This document shows positions 49,152 to 58,617 of a DNA stretch of 64,000 nt, in pieces (the stretch's first letter is position 1; the number at the start of each line of letters is the position of its first letter). The notes beneath the pieces are model-generated. The model had not been told where the DNA came from. It saw only the letters and a list, made by a program, of their open reading frames with translations, and ran no database searches. The DNA comes from Candidatus Pelethousia sp. GTDB lineage: Bacteria > Bacillota > Clostridia > Christensenellales > CAG-138. The translations under genes and the position numbers were made by a program. The stretch covers positions 5,282-69,281 of the forward strand of contig JAYFPE010000040.1 of NCBI GenBank assembly GCA_034928145.1, given 5' to 3'.

Positions 49152-51575
49152 ATGCAGGCAGTCATCATGGCGGGGGGGGAGGGCAAGCGGTTGCGCCCCC
49201 TCACCTGCACCATGCCCAAGCCCATGGTTCCCTTGCTCAACAAACCCGTGATCGATTATTGCGTGGAGCTGCTCACGGCCCATGGCATTGCCGATATCGC
49301 GGCCACCCTTCATTATTTGCCCAATATGATATCGCAGCATTTGGGCGACGGCAGGGCCTTTGGCGCGAATATCCGCTATAGCGTGGAGGATAAGCCGCTG
49401 GGCACGGCAGGCAGCGTGCGTGCGGCCGTGGGGGATGCGGCGTCAGGGCCTGTGCTGGTGCTCAGCGGGGACGCAATGACGGATATCGACCTGAGCGCTC
49501 TGGCCGAGCGGCACGCCAAAAGCGGCGCCGCGGCCACCATCGTGCTCAAACGCGTGCAGGTGCCCACGGAATACGGGGTAGCCATCCTCGATGAAACCAA
49601 CCGCATCACCCGGTTTTTGGAAAAGCCCCAACTCTCCGAGGTCTTTAGCGACCTGGCTAATACCGGCATTTACCTGCTTTCACCGGAAGCGGTCGAGATG
49701 ATCCCACAAGATACAAAATACGATTTCAGCATGGATCTTTTCCCCAAAATGCTCAAGGCGGATATGCGCATTGAGGGTTATATAACGGAAAGCTATTGGT
49801 GCGACATCGGTGACCTCGAGCAATACCTCGGCGCGCAGCGGGATATGCTGCTGGGCAAATGCGCATTTGAGACCTTGGCTGTGGAGCGAGAGGGCATTTG
49901 GATCGAACACGGGGCCAGGATATCCTCGGACGCGGCGGTGATCGCCCCCTGCTATATCGGGCGGGACGCGGAGGTAGCGGCCGGGGCCGTGCTGGCGGAT
50001 GGCGCCGTGCTTTGCAGCGGCAGCCGGGTGGGCACAGGCAGCAGCATCAAGCGCTCCGTGCTCATGCCCGGAGCCAGGGTGCGGGAAAACGTGGAGATAC
50101 GCGGGGCCATTCTCTGCGAAGGCGCGCATGTGGATAGCGGCGCGCAGGTCTTTGCCCATACGGCTCTGGGTGCGGGCAGCAGCGTGGGCAAGAACTGCGC
50201 CATCACCGCCGGGGCTTCCCTCTGGCCCAACAAGCGCCTAGAGGACGACGCCCGCTGCGCGGAGGACGTGGTGTGGGATGATGGCCTGCAAAAGAGCGGC
50301 CTTGACACATGCGTGAAAGGTTTTGCGGATCATGATCTGGGGCCGGAGCGGGCGGCCCGGGTGGGAGCGGCCCTGGCCATTGCCCGAAAGGCCGCGGGCA
50401 AGGAGCTGGCCATCGCCACGGATGGCAGCCAGCAGGCTGTGATGCTCAAGCATGCACTGCTCTCCGGCATATTAGCCCAGGGCGCGGATGTATGCGATCT
50501 GGGTTATTGCGCCTATTCGGCCTTTGAGCACGCGGTGTTCAGCTTCGGCATGGAGGGCGGGGCCTACGTGCGCCACGGCGGGCAAAGCCCCCATGAAACC
50601 GAGCTGGTGCTCTGCGACGATATGGGCTGCCAGCTCACGGGCGGGGCCTTTCGCGCCTTCCGCCAGGAGCTATTGATGGGGCCGCACCACCCGGTAACCG
50701 CCCAGCGCCTGGGTATTTTGCAGCCTCTGGGCGGGGCGGCCCGGGCCTATGAGGCGCATCTGGCCAAATCCATCGCCACTGCCCGCGTTCCGGAAACCAA
50801 CGATGTGAAGCTGGTATTGGGCAGGGGCGGCGATATCTACGATGCGGTGGCCCGGGTGCTGCTGCCCGCCGGATATACGGTGCAATATATGGATGAAAAG
50901 GATCCTGAGCGCCTGCACGGGGCCATGGTGCACGCGGGTGCGGAGTTAGGGTTCGTAGCCGCCGCCGGGGGCGAGGGGGAGATGACTTGCATCTGGCGGG
51001 ACCGATACCTGCGCGAAGGCGAGCGCATCACCATCTTCATCCTGTGCGCCCTGGTCGAAGGGCGGCTTAGGGGGGAAGCGGTGCTGCCCGTACGCGTGAG
51101 TGAGGAATATGCGGCTTTCCTCGAAGGGCGGGGCTGCCGGATACGGCGCTGCCCGGACCACCGGGCTAAGTGGCGGCGGCAGGCCTTGGAGGAGGGCTGT
51201 TATCTGCCGGAGCTGTTCGAGCCCGAGGCGGCTATTTTGCGCCTGGCGGAGCTATGCAGGGCGGAGAAGCTGGGCAGGTATCTTGACGAGATCCCACAGG
51301 CTTACGAATCCGAGGCCAGCGTAGGCTGTTCCTGGAAGGAGATGGGCAGGGTGCTGCGCAGTCTGGTGGAAACAGAGCCAAACAGCCGGGTGGAGCTGAT
51401 CGACGGGGTAAAGGTGAAAAGCGACAATGGCTGGATCTTGGTGCGGCCCAACCGGGATTTCACGGCCTGCCGCATCATCGCCGGCAGCTATAACGCGGAA
51501 TACGCCAAGGAGCTGACGGATCTCTACCTCGACAAGGTGCGTCAGCTCGCAAAGGACAAAAACGGAAAACCATGA
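49152..51575 (+). CDS. Mannose-1-phosphate guanylyltransferase fused to hexapeptide repeats and a degenerate phosphomannomutase-like region
   Basis: AVIMAGGEGKRLRPLT..PKPM, EDKPLGTAG, FLEKP and YWCDIG; left-handed beta-helix repeats; C-terminal ELIDGVKV..GWILVRP. Confidence 0.85.
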   Translation: MQAVIMAGGEGKRLRPLTCTMPKPMVPLLNKPVIDYCVELLTAHGIADIAATLHYLPNMISQHLGDGRAFGANIRYSVEDKPLGTAGSVRAAVGDAASGPVLVLSGDAMTDIDLSALAERHAKSGAAATIVLKRVQVPTEYGVAILDETNRITRFLEKPQLSEVFSDLANTGIYLLSPEAVEMIPQDTKYDFSMDLFPKMLKADMRIEGYITESYWCDIGDLEQYLGAQRDMLLGKCAFETLAVEREGIWIEHGARISSDAAVIAPCYIGRDAEVAAGAVLADGAVLCSGSRVGTGSSIKRSVLMPGARVRENVEIRGAILCEGAHVDSGAQVFAHTALGAGSSVGKNCAITAGASLWPNKRLEDDARCAEDVVWDDGLQKSGLDTCVKGFADHDLGPERAARVGAALAIARKAAGKELAIATDGSQQAVMLKHALLSGILAQGADVCDLGYCAYSAFEHAVFSFGMEGGAYVRHGGQSPHETELVLCDDMGCQLTGGAFRAFRQELLMGPHHPVTAQRLGILQPLGGAARAYEAHLAKSIATARVPETNDVKLVLGRGGDIYDAVARVLLPAGYTVQYMDEKDPERLHGAMVHAGAELGFVAAAGGEGEMTCIWRDRYLREGERITIFILCALVEGRLRGEAVLPVRVSEEYAAFLEGRGCRIRRCPDHRAKWRRQALEEGCYLPELFEPEAAILRLAELCRAEKLGRYLDEIPQAYESEASVGCSWKEMGRVLRSLVETEPNSRVELIDGVKVKSDNGWILVRPNRDFTACRIIAGSYNAEYAKELTDLYLDKVRQLAKDKNGKP

Positions 51576-51623
51576 TACAATGGACGGAGCTTCGATTTTT
51601 GCATCAAAAAGGAGGCCCCGTCC

Positions 51624-52085
51624 ATGTTCCATATCGTTTTGGTGGAGCCGGAGATCCCCCCGAACACCGGCAACATTTCGCGCACCTGCGCAGTAACGGG
51701 CACAGCCCTGCACATGGTGCGTCCCTTTGGCTTCGATCTGGATGACAAAGCCCTTAAGCGGGCCGGGCTAGACTATTGGAGCAGTTTGGAGGTGCACTAT
51801 TACGACGCCTTTGAAGAGGTGGAGGCCACCTATCCGCAGGCCCGCTTTTTCCTCACCTCTACGCACGCCACCCGCTCCTATGCCGAGGTTTCCTATCAGG
51901 ATGGGGACTTCCTCGTTTTCGGCAGGGAAACGGCGGGGTTGGGGGAGGCTCTGCTTAGACGGCGCGCGACGGATACCATCCGCATCCCCATGAAAGCGGG
52001 CCAGCGCTCGCTCAACCTTTCCAATTCGGCGGCCATCGTGCTCTATGAAGCCCTGCGGCAGGCAGGCTTTCCAGATATGGTATAA
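51624..52085 (+). CDS. trmL: tRNA (cytidine/uridine(34)-2'-O)-methyltransferase
   Basis: EPEIPPNTGNI, KRAGLDYW, FGRETAGL and RSLNLSN motifs. Confidence 0.96.
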   Translation: MFHIVLVEPEIPPNTGNISRTCAVTGTALHMVRPFGFDLDDKALKRAGLDYWSSLEVHYYDAFEEVEATYPQARFFLTSTHATRSYAEVSYQDGDFLVFGRETAGLGEALLRRRATDTIRIPMKAGQRSLNLSNSAAIVLYEALRQAGFPDMV

Positions 52086-52122
52086 AATTTCAGAAAGGCG
52101 GCTGTTTTTCGCCTTGAAAGGC

Positions 52123-52245
52123 TTGACAGGCGGTCGTATTTTGGATAGAATATCACTTGTGTGTTCTTTAGGATCGGTATTTGCGGCCACAGCCCCGGAA
52201 GCAAGGTACCTCCCACGAATGCAACGTAATTTTCACAATGCTTTT
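52123..52245 (+). promoter_or_regulatory. rplM-rpsI promoter and L13-leader-like 5'UTR
   Basis: TTGACA-N17-TAGAAT; the leader contains TGTGT...GCCCCGG as in Firmicutes L13 leaders. Confidence 0.6.
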
Positions 52246-52258
52246 TAGGAGGACAGCC

Positions 52259-52690
52259 ATGAAGACCTATATGGCCAAGGGTGAGACTGTCGAGCGCAAG
52301 TGGTTCGTGGTCGATGCGGACGGCATGGTACTCGGCCGGCTCGCATCCCAGGTAGCCGCTATCCTGCGCGGCAAGCACAAGCCCATATATACCCCCCATG
52401 TGGACACCGGCGACCATGTCATCATCATCAATGCCGGCAAGGTCACCATGACGGGCAACAAGCTCGATCAAAAGAAATACTACCGCCACACCGGTTATCC
52501 CGGCGGCCTGCGTGAAACCTCTTACCGCGACCTGCTCGACAAGAAGCCCGAATTCGCCGTATACGAGGCCATCCGCCGCATGATGCCCAAGGGCCCTCTA
52601 GGCCGCCAGATGCTCAAAAAGCTCCGTGTTTACGCGGGCAGCGAGCATCAACACGCAGCCCAACTGCCCGAAACGCTCGTGCTCAAATAA
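52259..52690 (+). CDS. rplM: 50S ribosomal protein L13
   Basis: [23 protein letters not shown] and HTGYPGG motifs. Confidence 0.98.
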   Translation: MKTYMAKGETVERKWFVVDADGMVLGRLASQVAAILRGKHKPIYTPHVDTGDHVIIINAGKVTMTGNKLDQKKYYRHTGYPGGLRETSYRDLLDKKPEFAVYEAIRRMMPKGPLGRQMLKKLRVYAGSEHQHAAQLPETLVLK

Positions 52691-52709
52691 GGGAAAGGAG
52701 CAACAAGAA

Positions 52710-53105
52710 ATGGCTAACATCACCCAGTATCTCGGCACCGGCAGGCGCAAGAAGTCCATTGCTCGCGTTCGTCTCGTTCCCGGCACCGGCGTTATTACCG
52801 TGAACCAGCGCGACCTCGACGATTACTTTGGCTATGAAACCCTCAAGATGATCGCCCGCGCACCGCTGGCGCTCACCGACACCCTCAATAAATACGATGT
52901 GCGCGTGAATGTGTACGGCGGCGGTACCACCGGCCAGGCCGGCGCCATCCGCCACGGCATCGCCCGCGCCCTGATCGTGGCCAATCCCGAGCTGCGCGGC
53001 GCCCTCAAGAAAGCGGGTTTCCTAACCCGCGACCCGCGCATGAAGGAGCGCAAAAAGTACGGCCTCAAAGCTGCCCGCCGTGCGCCCCAGTTCTCCAAGA
53101 GATAA
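52710..53105 (+). CDS. rpsI: 30S ribosomal protein S9
   Basis: [20 protein letters not shown] and [17 protein letters not shown]. Confidence 0.98.
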   Translation: MANITQYLGTGRRKKSIARVRLVPGTGVITVNQRDLDDYFGYETLKMIARAPLALTDTLNKYDVRVNVYGGGTTGQAGAIRHGIARALIVANPELRGALKKAGFLTRDPRMKERKKYGLKAARRAPQFSKR

Positions 53106-53280
53106 TTACCTTGTATCAAAAAAGCCTGTATTCACGCGGTCTCCCGCATGTTTACGGGCTTTCTTTTTACCGAAGAGGGGGACAAAAACCAACAGGCCTT
53201 ATAAAACCGTCCTGTTGAAGCCACGCGAATATAAAATATATGCGCATACCCTCCGCGCATAAACAGGATTGGGGAATGTT

Positions 53281-53808
53281 ATGGCGAAAACACGAAAGAT
53301 GCTCAGCAATTGGAAAGCGCCGTATATCCAGTCGCTTATGAGATTAATTGAGACGCAGAGCAAGGCAACCCTTGCGCATTGGGCGGTTGATTATGCGGAA
53401 CAGGCGTTAATGCCGCTGTGGAGCAAGCACCAGCCGGATGACCCGCGCCCGGAAAACGCTTTACATGCCGCCCGCGAATGGCTCTCTGGTGAAAGCAAAC
53501 TGCCGCAGGCGAAGTCTAAAATCCTCGGGTGCCATGCGGCTGCCCGTGAAGCGGAGGGGAATGCTGTTTCGCAAGCCGCCGCCCGGGCGATCGGTCAATG
53601 CGCATCCACAATTCATTCGGCCCGGCATTGTATCGGGCTTGCCTTTTATGGAGCGCTGGCAATTGCCTATGACCGTCTGGGGACTGCCGCACCCTGGGCA
53701 CAGATCGAACAGTGCGCCGCAAAAGAGTGCGCTTGTATGGAAGCCGCCCTGCGCGCCGTTGCCGTGGAAAATGAGCCTAATCCGGCCCAAATCGACTGGA
53801 AATGCTGA
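53281..53808 (+). CDS. Putative immunity protein (Imm5-like)
   Basis: LAHWA..AE, DPRPENAL.AAREW.G, HAAARE, AARAIGQ..ST.H...H and E..CM pattern. Confidence 0.75.
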   Translation: MAKTRKMLSNWKAPYIQSLMRLIETQSKATLAHWAVDYAEQALMPLWSKHQPDDPRPENALHAAREWLSGESKLPQAKSKILGCHAAAREAEGNAVSQAAARAIGQCASTIHSARHCIGLAFYGALAIAYDRLGTAAPWAQIEQCAAKECACMEAALRAVAVENEPNPAQIDWKC

Positions 53809-53995
53809 GTAAAACGCATGGGGAGATAGGCATAAAAGGGGGGCTTCCACGGCAGCAATGCCGGTTCCCGGCCTCTTTGTGTATGAAGACTTTTATTCTC
53901 ACCGGCCTAGCTGGAGATTTATGATGTGAAAGCCCGGCAAAGCCCCCGGTCGCTTACGCGCCGGGGGCATTTTGTTACACAATGTGCGGTTTGGT

Positions 53996-54118
53996 TTATT
54001 CTTCGTCGCTTTCCGGCGGGAACTTGCATCCTTCGTTGCTAAACTCAGGGGAGCAGGCGGCGTCGTTCAATTTGAATTCTTCCTTTTGGGGCGCTTGTTT
54101 GATCTTATCCTCGGCCAT
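53996..54118 (-). CDS. 40-aa small acidic peptide with CSPEFSNEGC motif
   Basis: GGAGG SD 7 nt before ATG; MAEDKIKQAPQKEEFKLNDAACSPEFSNEGCKFPPESDEE; upstream TTGACA-N18-TACTAT. Confidence 0.65.
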   Translation of the reverse strand: MAEDKIKQAPQKEEFKLNDAACSPEFSNEGCKFPPESDEE

Positions 54119-54307
54119 TTCAATACCTCCCAGCCATTCATTTTTCGTTATAGTAGCATACCTGGCAAAGGCGTGTCAACGAGGCGGCGGCGGCTCTCAT
54201 CGCGCCTTTTTGTTTGTGCAATGGCGCATCCTGCGGTATAATAGAGCATAAACATGAAAAATGCATAGACGAGACAACCATATCATTAACATGCTTGGAG
54301 GAACGAA

Positions 54308-55666
54308 ATGGCAAGGCTATTTGGTACGGACGGTGTGCGCGGGATTGCAAACCGGGACCTAAGCTGCGAGTTGGCTATGCAGATCGGCATGGCCGGAGCG
54401 CAGGTGCTTACCAGCGAGGTGCACCATCCTCGCATTCTGGTTGGCCGGGATACCCGCCGCTCCGGGGATATGCTCACTGCCGCCATCACGGCGGGCATCT
54501 GCGCCGTGGGCGGCGATGTGCTCGACGTAGGTGTGATCCCCACGCCTGCCCTGGCTTACCTTGTGCGCCTGTATGAGGCGGATGCGGCGGTGATGGTCAG
54601 CGCCAGCCACAACACCATGGAATACAACGGCCTCAAATGGTTCAATGGCGACGGATTCAAGCTCTCGGACGCCTTGGAGGATGAGATCGAGCGCATGATC
54701 CGCGAGGGTGTGTCCTTTGACCGGCCGATAGGGGAGGATGTAGGCCATGCCATAACGGCTCGGCGCGCCAGGGAGGAATATAAGGAATTTTTAAAATCTA
54801 CAGCGACCGCATCGTTCGAGGGTATCACAGTGGTGCTGGACTGCGCCAATGGCGCGTCCGCAGGCATCGCTGCGGAGGTGTTCTCGGAATTGGGCGCGCG
54901 GGTGATTCCCCGGGCGGATGAGCCTAACGGCAGCAACATCAACGACGGCTGCGGTTCCACCCACCCCGAGCTTTTACAGGAGATGGTAGCCGAAAGCGGG
55001 GCGGATGTAGGCTTTGCCTTTGATGGAGACGCGGATCGCGTCATCGCCACGGATGAGCGGGGCAATATCGTGGATGGCGACCGCATACTGGGCATCTGCG
55101 CCAAGGTGATGCACGAAGATGGCCGCCTCAAGGGCGATACGCTGGTGGTCACGGTGATGAGCAACATCGGCCTCAAGAAATATATGCAAAGCATCGGCGT
55201 CGGCGTGGCGGAAACCGCGGTAGGCGACCGCTACGTGCTCGAGCGCATGCTGGAAAAAGGCTATAGCCTGGGCGGCGAGCAATCCGGCCACGTGATTTTC
55301 CTCGACCAGAATACCACCGGCGACGGCATGCTCACAGCCATCCAGATAATGAACATTCTCAAAAGCTCGGGCAAGCGCATGTCCGCCTTAGCGGGAGAAG
55401 TACCCATCTACCCGCAATTATTGGTAAATGTGATCCTGGAGAACGAGCAAAAGGTTACAGCCATGGCGGATGAAGATTTGCTGGCCAAGATTCATGAGAT
55501 CGAAGCTAGGCTGGGCGACGGCGGTCGCATCCTGGTGCGGGCCAGCGGCACGGAGCCGTTGATCCGCATCATGCTCGAAGGCCGGGATGAGGGCTATTTG
55601 GAAGAGCTGGCAGTTCAAACGGCACGCATCCTTAAGAATAAATTCGGCGGCAAAATAAAATCATAA
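54308..55666 (+). CDS. glmM: Phosphoglucosamine mutase
   Basis: LFGTDGVRG, VSASHN, DGDADR, GGEQSGH and RASGTEP motifs. Confidence 0.97.
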   Translation: MARLFGTDGVRGIANRDLSCELAMQIGMAGAQVLTSEVHHPRILVGRDTRRSGDMLTAAITAGICAVGGDVLDVGVIPTPALAYLVRLYEADAAVMVSASHNTMEYNGLKWFNGDGFKLSDALEDEIERMIREGVSFDRPIGEDVGHAITARRAREEYKEFLKSTATASFEGITVVLDCANGASAGIAAEVFSELGARVIPRADEPNGSNINDGCGSTHPELLQEMVAESGADVGFAFDGDADRVIATDERGNIVDGDRILGICAKVMHEDGRLKGDTLVVTVMSNIGLKKYMQSIGVGVAETAVGDRYVLERMLEKGYSLGGEQSGHVIFLDQNTTGDGMLTAIQIMNILKSSGKRMSALAGEVPIYPQLLVNVILENEQKVTAMADEDLLAKIHEIEARLGDGGRILVRASGTEPLIRIMLEGRDEGYLEELAVQTARILKNKFGGKIKS

Positions 55667-55690
55667 AGCGACCGCTTTAGCGGGCACATA

Positions 55691-55718
55691 AAAAGGTGGG
55701 GCAAATGCCCCGCCTTTT
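55691..55718. terminator. Bidirectional terminator between glmM and glyQS
   Basis: AAAAGGTGGGGC-AAAT-GCCCCGCCTTTT. Confidence 0.75.
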
Positions 55719-55738
55719 GCGCACCTATTTTTGATGGG

Positions 55739-57127
55739 TTAGAAATCCGTCTTTTCCTGAATGTATTGCTCGAGCGAAGCGATAGGCAGGCGAATCTGCG
55801 CCATGGTATCGCGATCGCGTACGGTAACGGTGTCATCTTCGAGCGTATCAAAGTCGATGGTGATGCACAGGGGCGTGCCGATCTCGTCCTCGCGGCGGTA
55901 GCGCTTGCCGATCTGGCCCGCGTCGTCGTAATCCACCATGAAGCGGCGCGCAAGCTTTGCGTGGACTTCCAGCGCCTTTTCTCCAAGCTTGTTCTTTTGC
56001 AGGGGCAGCACGGCGGCCTTGAAGGGCGCGAGGGCCGGATGCAGGTGCATCACGTTGCGGATATCGCCGTTCTCCAGGGTTTCTTCGTCGTAAGCGTCAC
56101 ACAGGAAGGCCAGGGCCACGCGATCCGCGCCCAGCGAGGGCTCTACGCAGAAGGGGATATAGCGTTCGTTGGTGAAGGGATCCTGATACTCCAGGGAGGT
56201 GCCGCTGTGCTCCGAATGGGCCTTGAGGTCGAAATTCGTGCGGCTGGCAATGCCCCAAAGCTCGCCCCAGCCGAAGGGGAAGAGGAACTCGATATCCGTC
56301 GTGCCGTTGCTGTAGTGGGAAAGCTCCGCCTTTTCATGCTCGCGCATACGGATATGATCCTCGGCCATATTTAGGTCAAGCAGCCACTTTTTGCAGAAAG
56401 CCTTCCAGTATTCGTACCATTCAAGCTCCGAGCCGGGCTGGCAGAAAAACTCCAGCTCCATCTGCTCGAACTCGCGGGTACGGAAGGTAAAGTTGCCGGG
56501 GGTGATCTCGTTGCGGAAGGAGTGACCAACCTGGGCAATGCCGAAGGGCAGCTTTTTGCGGGTGGTGCGCTGCACATTGCGGAAATTGACGAAGATGCCC
56601 TGGGCGGTTTCGGGCCTGAGGTAAATTTGGCTGGCCGTATCTTCATTTACGCCCTGGAAGGTTTTAAACATCATATTGAATTTGCGGATGCCGGTGAATT
56701 CCGTTTTTCCGCACTCGGGGCAGGCGATGCCCTGCTCCTTGATATAATCGGCCATTTGCTCGTGGCTCCAGCCGTCGGGATGGACATCGAGCTTGTGGGT
56801 CAGAGCATGTTCTTCGATTATCTTATCAGCACGGAAACGGGCCTTGCAGCTTTTGCAATCCATTAGCGGGTCGTTGAAGTTGACCACATGGCCGGAAGCC
56901 ACCCAGACCTCGGGGTTCATGAGAATCGCGGAATCCATGCCAACATTGTAAGGGCTTTCCTGAACGAATTTACGCCACCAGGCCTTTTTTACATTGTTTT
57001 TGAACTCTACGCCCAGCGGGCCATAATCCCAGGTGTTGGCCAAGCCGCCGTATATTTCGGAACCGGCGAAGATAAACCCCCGGTTTTTGCAAAGGGCCAC
57101 GACCTTATCCATGCTGAAGTTTGTCAT
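55739..57127 (-). CDS. glyQS: Glycine-tRNA ligase (alpha2 homodimeric type)
   Basis: [36 protein letters not shown] and IGKRYRR.DEIG motifs. Confidence 0.97.
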   Translation of the reverse strand: MTNFSMDKVVALCKNRGFIFAGSEIYGGLANTWDYGPLGVEFKNNVKKAWWRKFVQESPYNVGMDSAILMNPEVWVASGHVVNFNDPLMDCKSCKARFRADKIIEEHALTHKLDVHPDGWSHEQMADYIKEQGIACPECGKTEFTGIRKFNMMFKTFQGVNEDTASQIYLRPETAQGIFVNFRNVQRTTRKKLPFGIAQVGHSFRNEITPGNFTFRTREFEQMELEFFCQPGSELEWYEYWKAFCKKWLLDLNMAEDHIRMREHEKAELSHYSNGTTDIEFLFPFGWGELWGIASRTNFDLKAHSEHSGTSLEYQDPFTNERYIPFCVEPSLGADRVALAFLCDAYDEETLENGDIRNVMHLHPALAPFKAAVLPLQKNKLGEKALEVHAKLARRFMVDYDDAGQIGKRYRREDEIGTPLCITIDFDTLEDDTVTVRDRDTMAQIRLPIASLEQYIQEKTDF

Positions 57128-57258
57128 ATGCTCGTCTCCTTCCGGAAAATAATTACCCTCTCGAAACAGTTATCCTATCATACCATAGTCGTGCGGCCAC
57201 TTCAATAGCGCACGGCCCATAATCTGGCGCGCCGACAGTAATTTTCCAGGCCGGGCGG

Positions 57259-57287
57259 CACACAAATTGTCGGATTCGCGTACTATA
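57259..57287 (+). promoter_or_regulatory. SigK-like promoter
   Basis: CACA-N16-CGTACTATA versus the SigK consensus mACA-N16-CATAnnnTA (one mismatch). Confidence 0.4.
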
Positions 57288-57332
57288 TCGTAGCAAGAGC
57301 GCTGCGCGCTTATTAAACAAGGAGGCAACTAT

Positions 57333-57572
57333 ATGTGCAATTGCGGTAATGGCGGTATTTTGGGTGGGAACAACTGTTGGTGGATCATCCTTCTGCTTCT
57401 CGCTTGCGGCTGTGGCGGCGATAATGGTGGCTGCAACAATAACGGCGGCATTGGCGGCATCGGCGATAACAGCTGCTGGTGGATTATCATCCTTCTTCTC
57501 CTCTTTAGCTGCTGTGGGAACAATAACGACAACTGCGGATGCAACAACAACAACAATTGCGGCTGCTGCTAA
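57333..57572 (+). CDS. Cys/Gly/Asn-rich small protein with a duplicated CWWII(I)LLLL module (probably spore-associated)
   Basis: Strong SD AAGGAGG; 79 aa with two repeats NNCWWIILLLLACGCG and NSCWWIIILLLLFSCCG. Confidence 0.75.
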   Translation: MCNCGNGGILGGNNCWWIILLLLACGCGGDNGGCNNNGGIGGIGDNSCWWIIILLLLFSCCGNNNDNCGCNNNNNCGCC

Positions 57573-57619
57573 GGGAAGAGGACGAACCCGAACCAAATCA
57601 AAGAAATGGCTGTGGCGGG

Positions 57620-57874
57620 CTAATCGCCCGCCTCGGTCGTTTGTATGAGGGATAGCTTTTCTGCGCGGGAAAGCCGTTTGAAGGCGCATTCGCGGCGCAT
57701 GGCTTCGGATTTGGTTTCAAAGGCTTCCCAATAGGCCAGGGAGACCGGTAGCCGGCCCCTGGTATATTTTGCTCCTTGACCGGCATTGTGGGCGGTAAGC
57801 CGTTTATCAAGGTTGTCCGTATAGCCCGCGTAAAAGGTGCCGTCCGCACAATGCAGAAGATAGGCGTAATACAT
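57620..57874 (-). CDS. GIY-YIG nuclease (UPF0213, YazA/YhbQ-like)
   Basis: YAYLLHCADGTFYAGYT..RL..HN..GAKYTRGR.P..EA.RRE. Confidence 0.92.
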   Translation of the reverse strand: MYYAYLLHCADGTFYAGYTDNLDKRLTAHNAGQGAKYTRGRLPVSLAYWEAFETKSEAMRRECAFKRLSRAEKLSLIQTTEAGD

Positions 57875-58482
57875 CAATAGCCCAGTTCTTCATCCACCAA
57901 GATCAAATGGAAGGCGTTGACCCAATACGGCCTGTATTCGATGATGGAGGTCACGCAGCAGATACGGTCCGGCGAGGCGCAGTCGTGGCATTTGCCATCC
58001 GCCACGCAGGGCGTTTTTAGATTCAGACGCTTGGCATTGCGGGGCGCCGCCACATTTTGAGCCCGCAGGCGGCCTTCTTCCTCGTTTGCGGCCAGCTTGT
58101 TTTTGCCGATGACCAAAATAACCTCCCGTGGGCCGGTAATCATGCCGGCCACCCGGTTGCCACGGCCATCGATGTTGATCAGCCTGCCGTCGCGGGTAAT
58201 GGCGTTGGTGGAGGCGATGTACCAATCCGCCGCATTCTCTTTTTGATAGATCTCCGCCTCTTTGGAATGGGCGTGGTCATATACGGGATGACCGGTCTGC
58301 GTAAGCGCCTCGTAAACGCCCAGGGCGCCCAGCGTCATGGAGCCGCCCAGGCCCACGCTGGCGCCAGGCGTGACGAGGGAGAGGATAAGCGCCTTGACCT
58401 CTTGGGCGGAAGCGGCGGAATGCACGATAAAGCCGCGCTTTTCAAAGGTATGGACAAGCCTATCGTAATCCTGGCAGAACAT
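57874..58482 (-). CDS. LUD-domain (lactate utilisation LutC-like) protein
   Basis: [27 protein letters not shown] and TPC...GKC.DC.SPDRIC; GGGAGG SD. Confidence 0.88.
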   Translation of the reverse strand: MFCQDYDRLVHTFEKRGFIVHSAASAQEVKALILSLVTPGASVGLGGSMTLGALGVYEALTQTGHPVYDHAHSKEAEIYQKENAADWYIASTNAITRDGRLINIDGRGNRVAGMITGPREVILVIGKNKLAANEEEGRLRAQNVAAPRNAKRLNLKTPCVADGKCHDCASPDRICCVTSIIEYRPYWVNAFHLILVDEELGY

Positions 58483-58617
58483 TTTCAGATACCTCCCCAA
58501 AGAGAAATGATTTGGCTATATTTTATCACGCAAAGCCCGCTCTTGCAATTTGGGCTGCTTTCCAGTATCATTCAATTTGGAAAATTCTTTTTGTGCATTT
58601 TTAGAATGGAGGATAGG

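Noticed and set aside
53080-54300. Intact ICE/IME integrated at rpsI
   Set aside because: No integrase, relaxase or duplicated att sequence is visible; it is kept only as a possible remnant.
57333-57877. Cys-rich peptide plus GIY-YIG nuclease as a toxin-antitoxin or RiPP system
   Set aside because: The genes are convergent; the GIY-YIG gene is the common UPF0213 type coupled to the LUD gene; no maturase or transporter is nearby.
58057-58617. Apparent 187-aa N-terminal extension of LepA
   Set aside because: It overlaps the minus-strand LUD gene and the intergenic promoter region; GGAGG supports ATG 58618.
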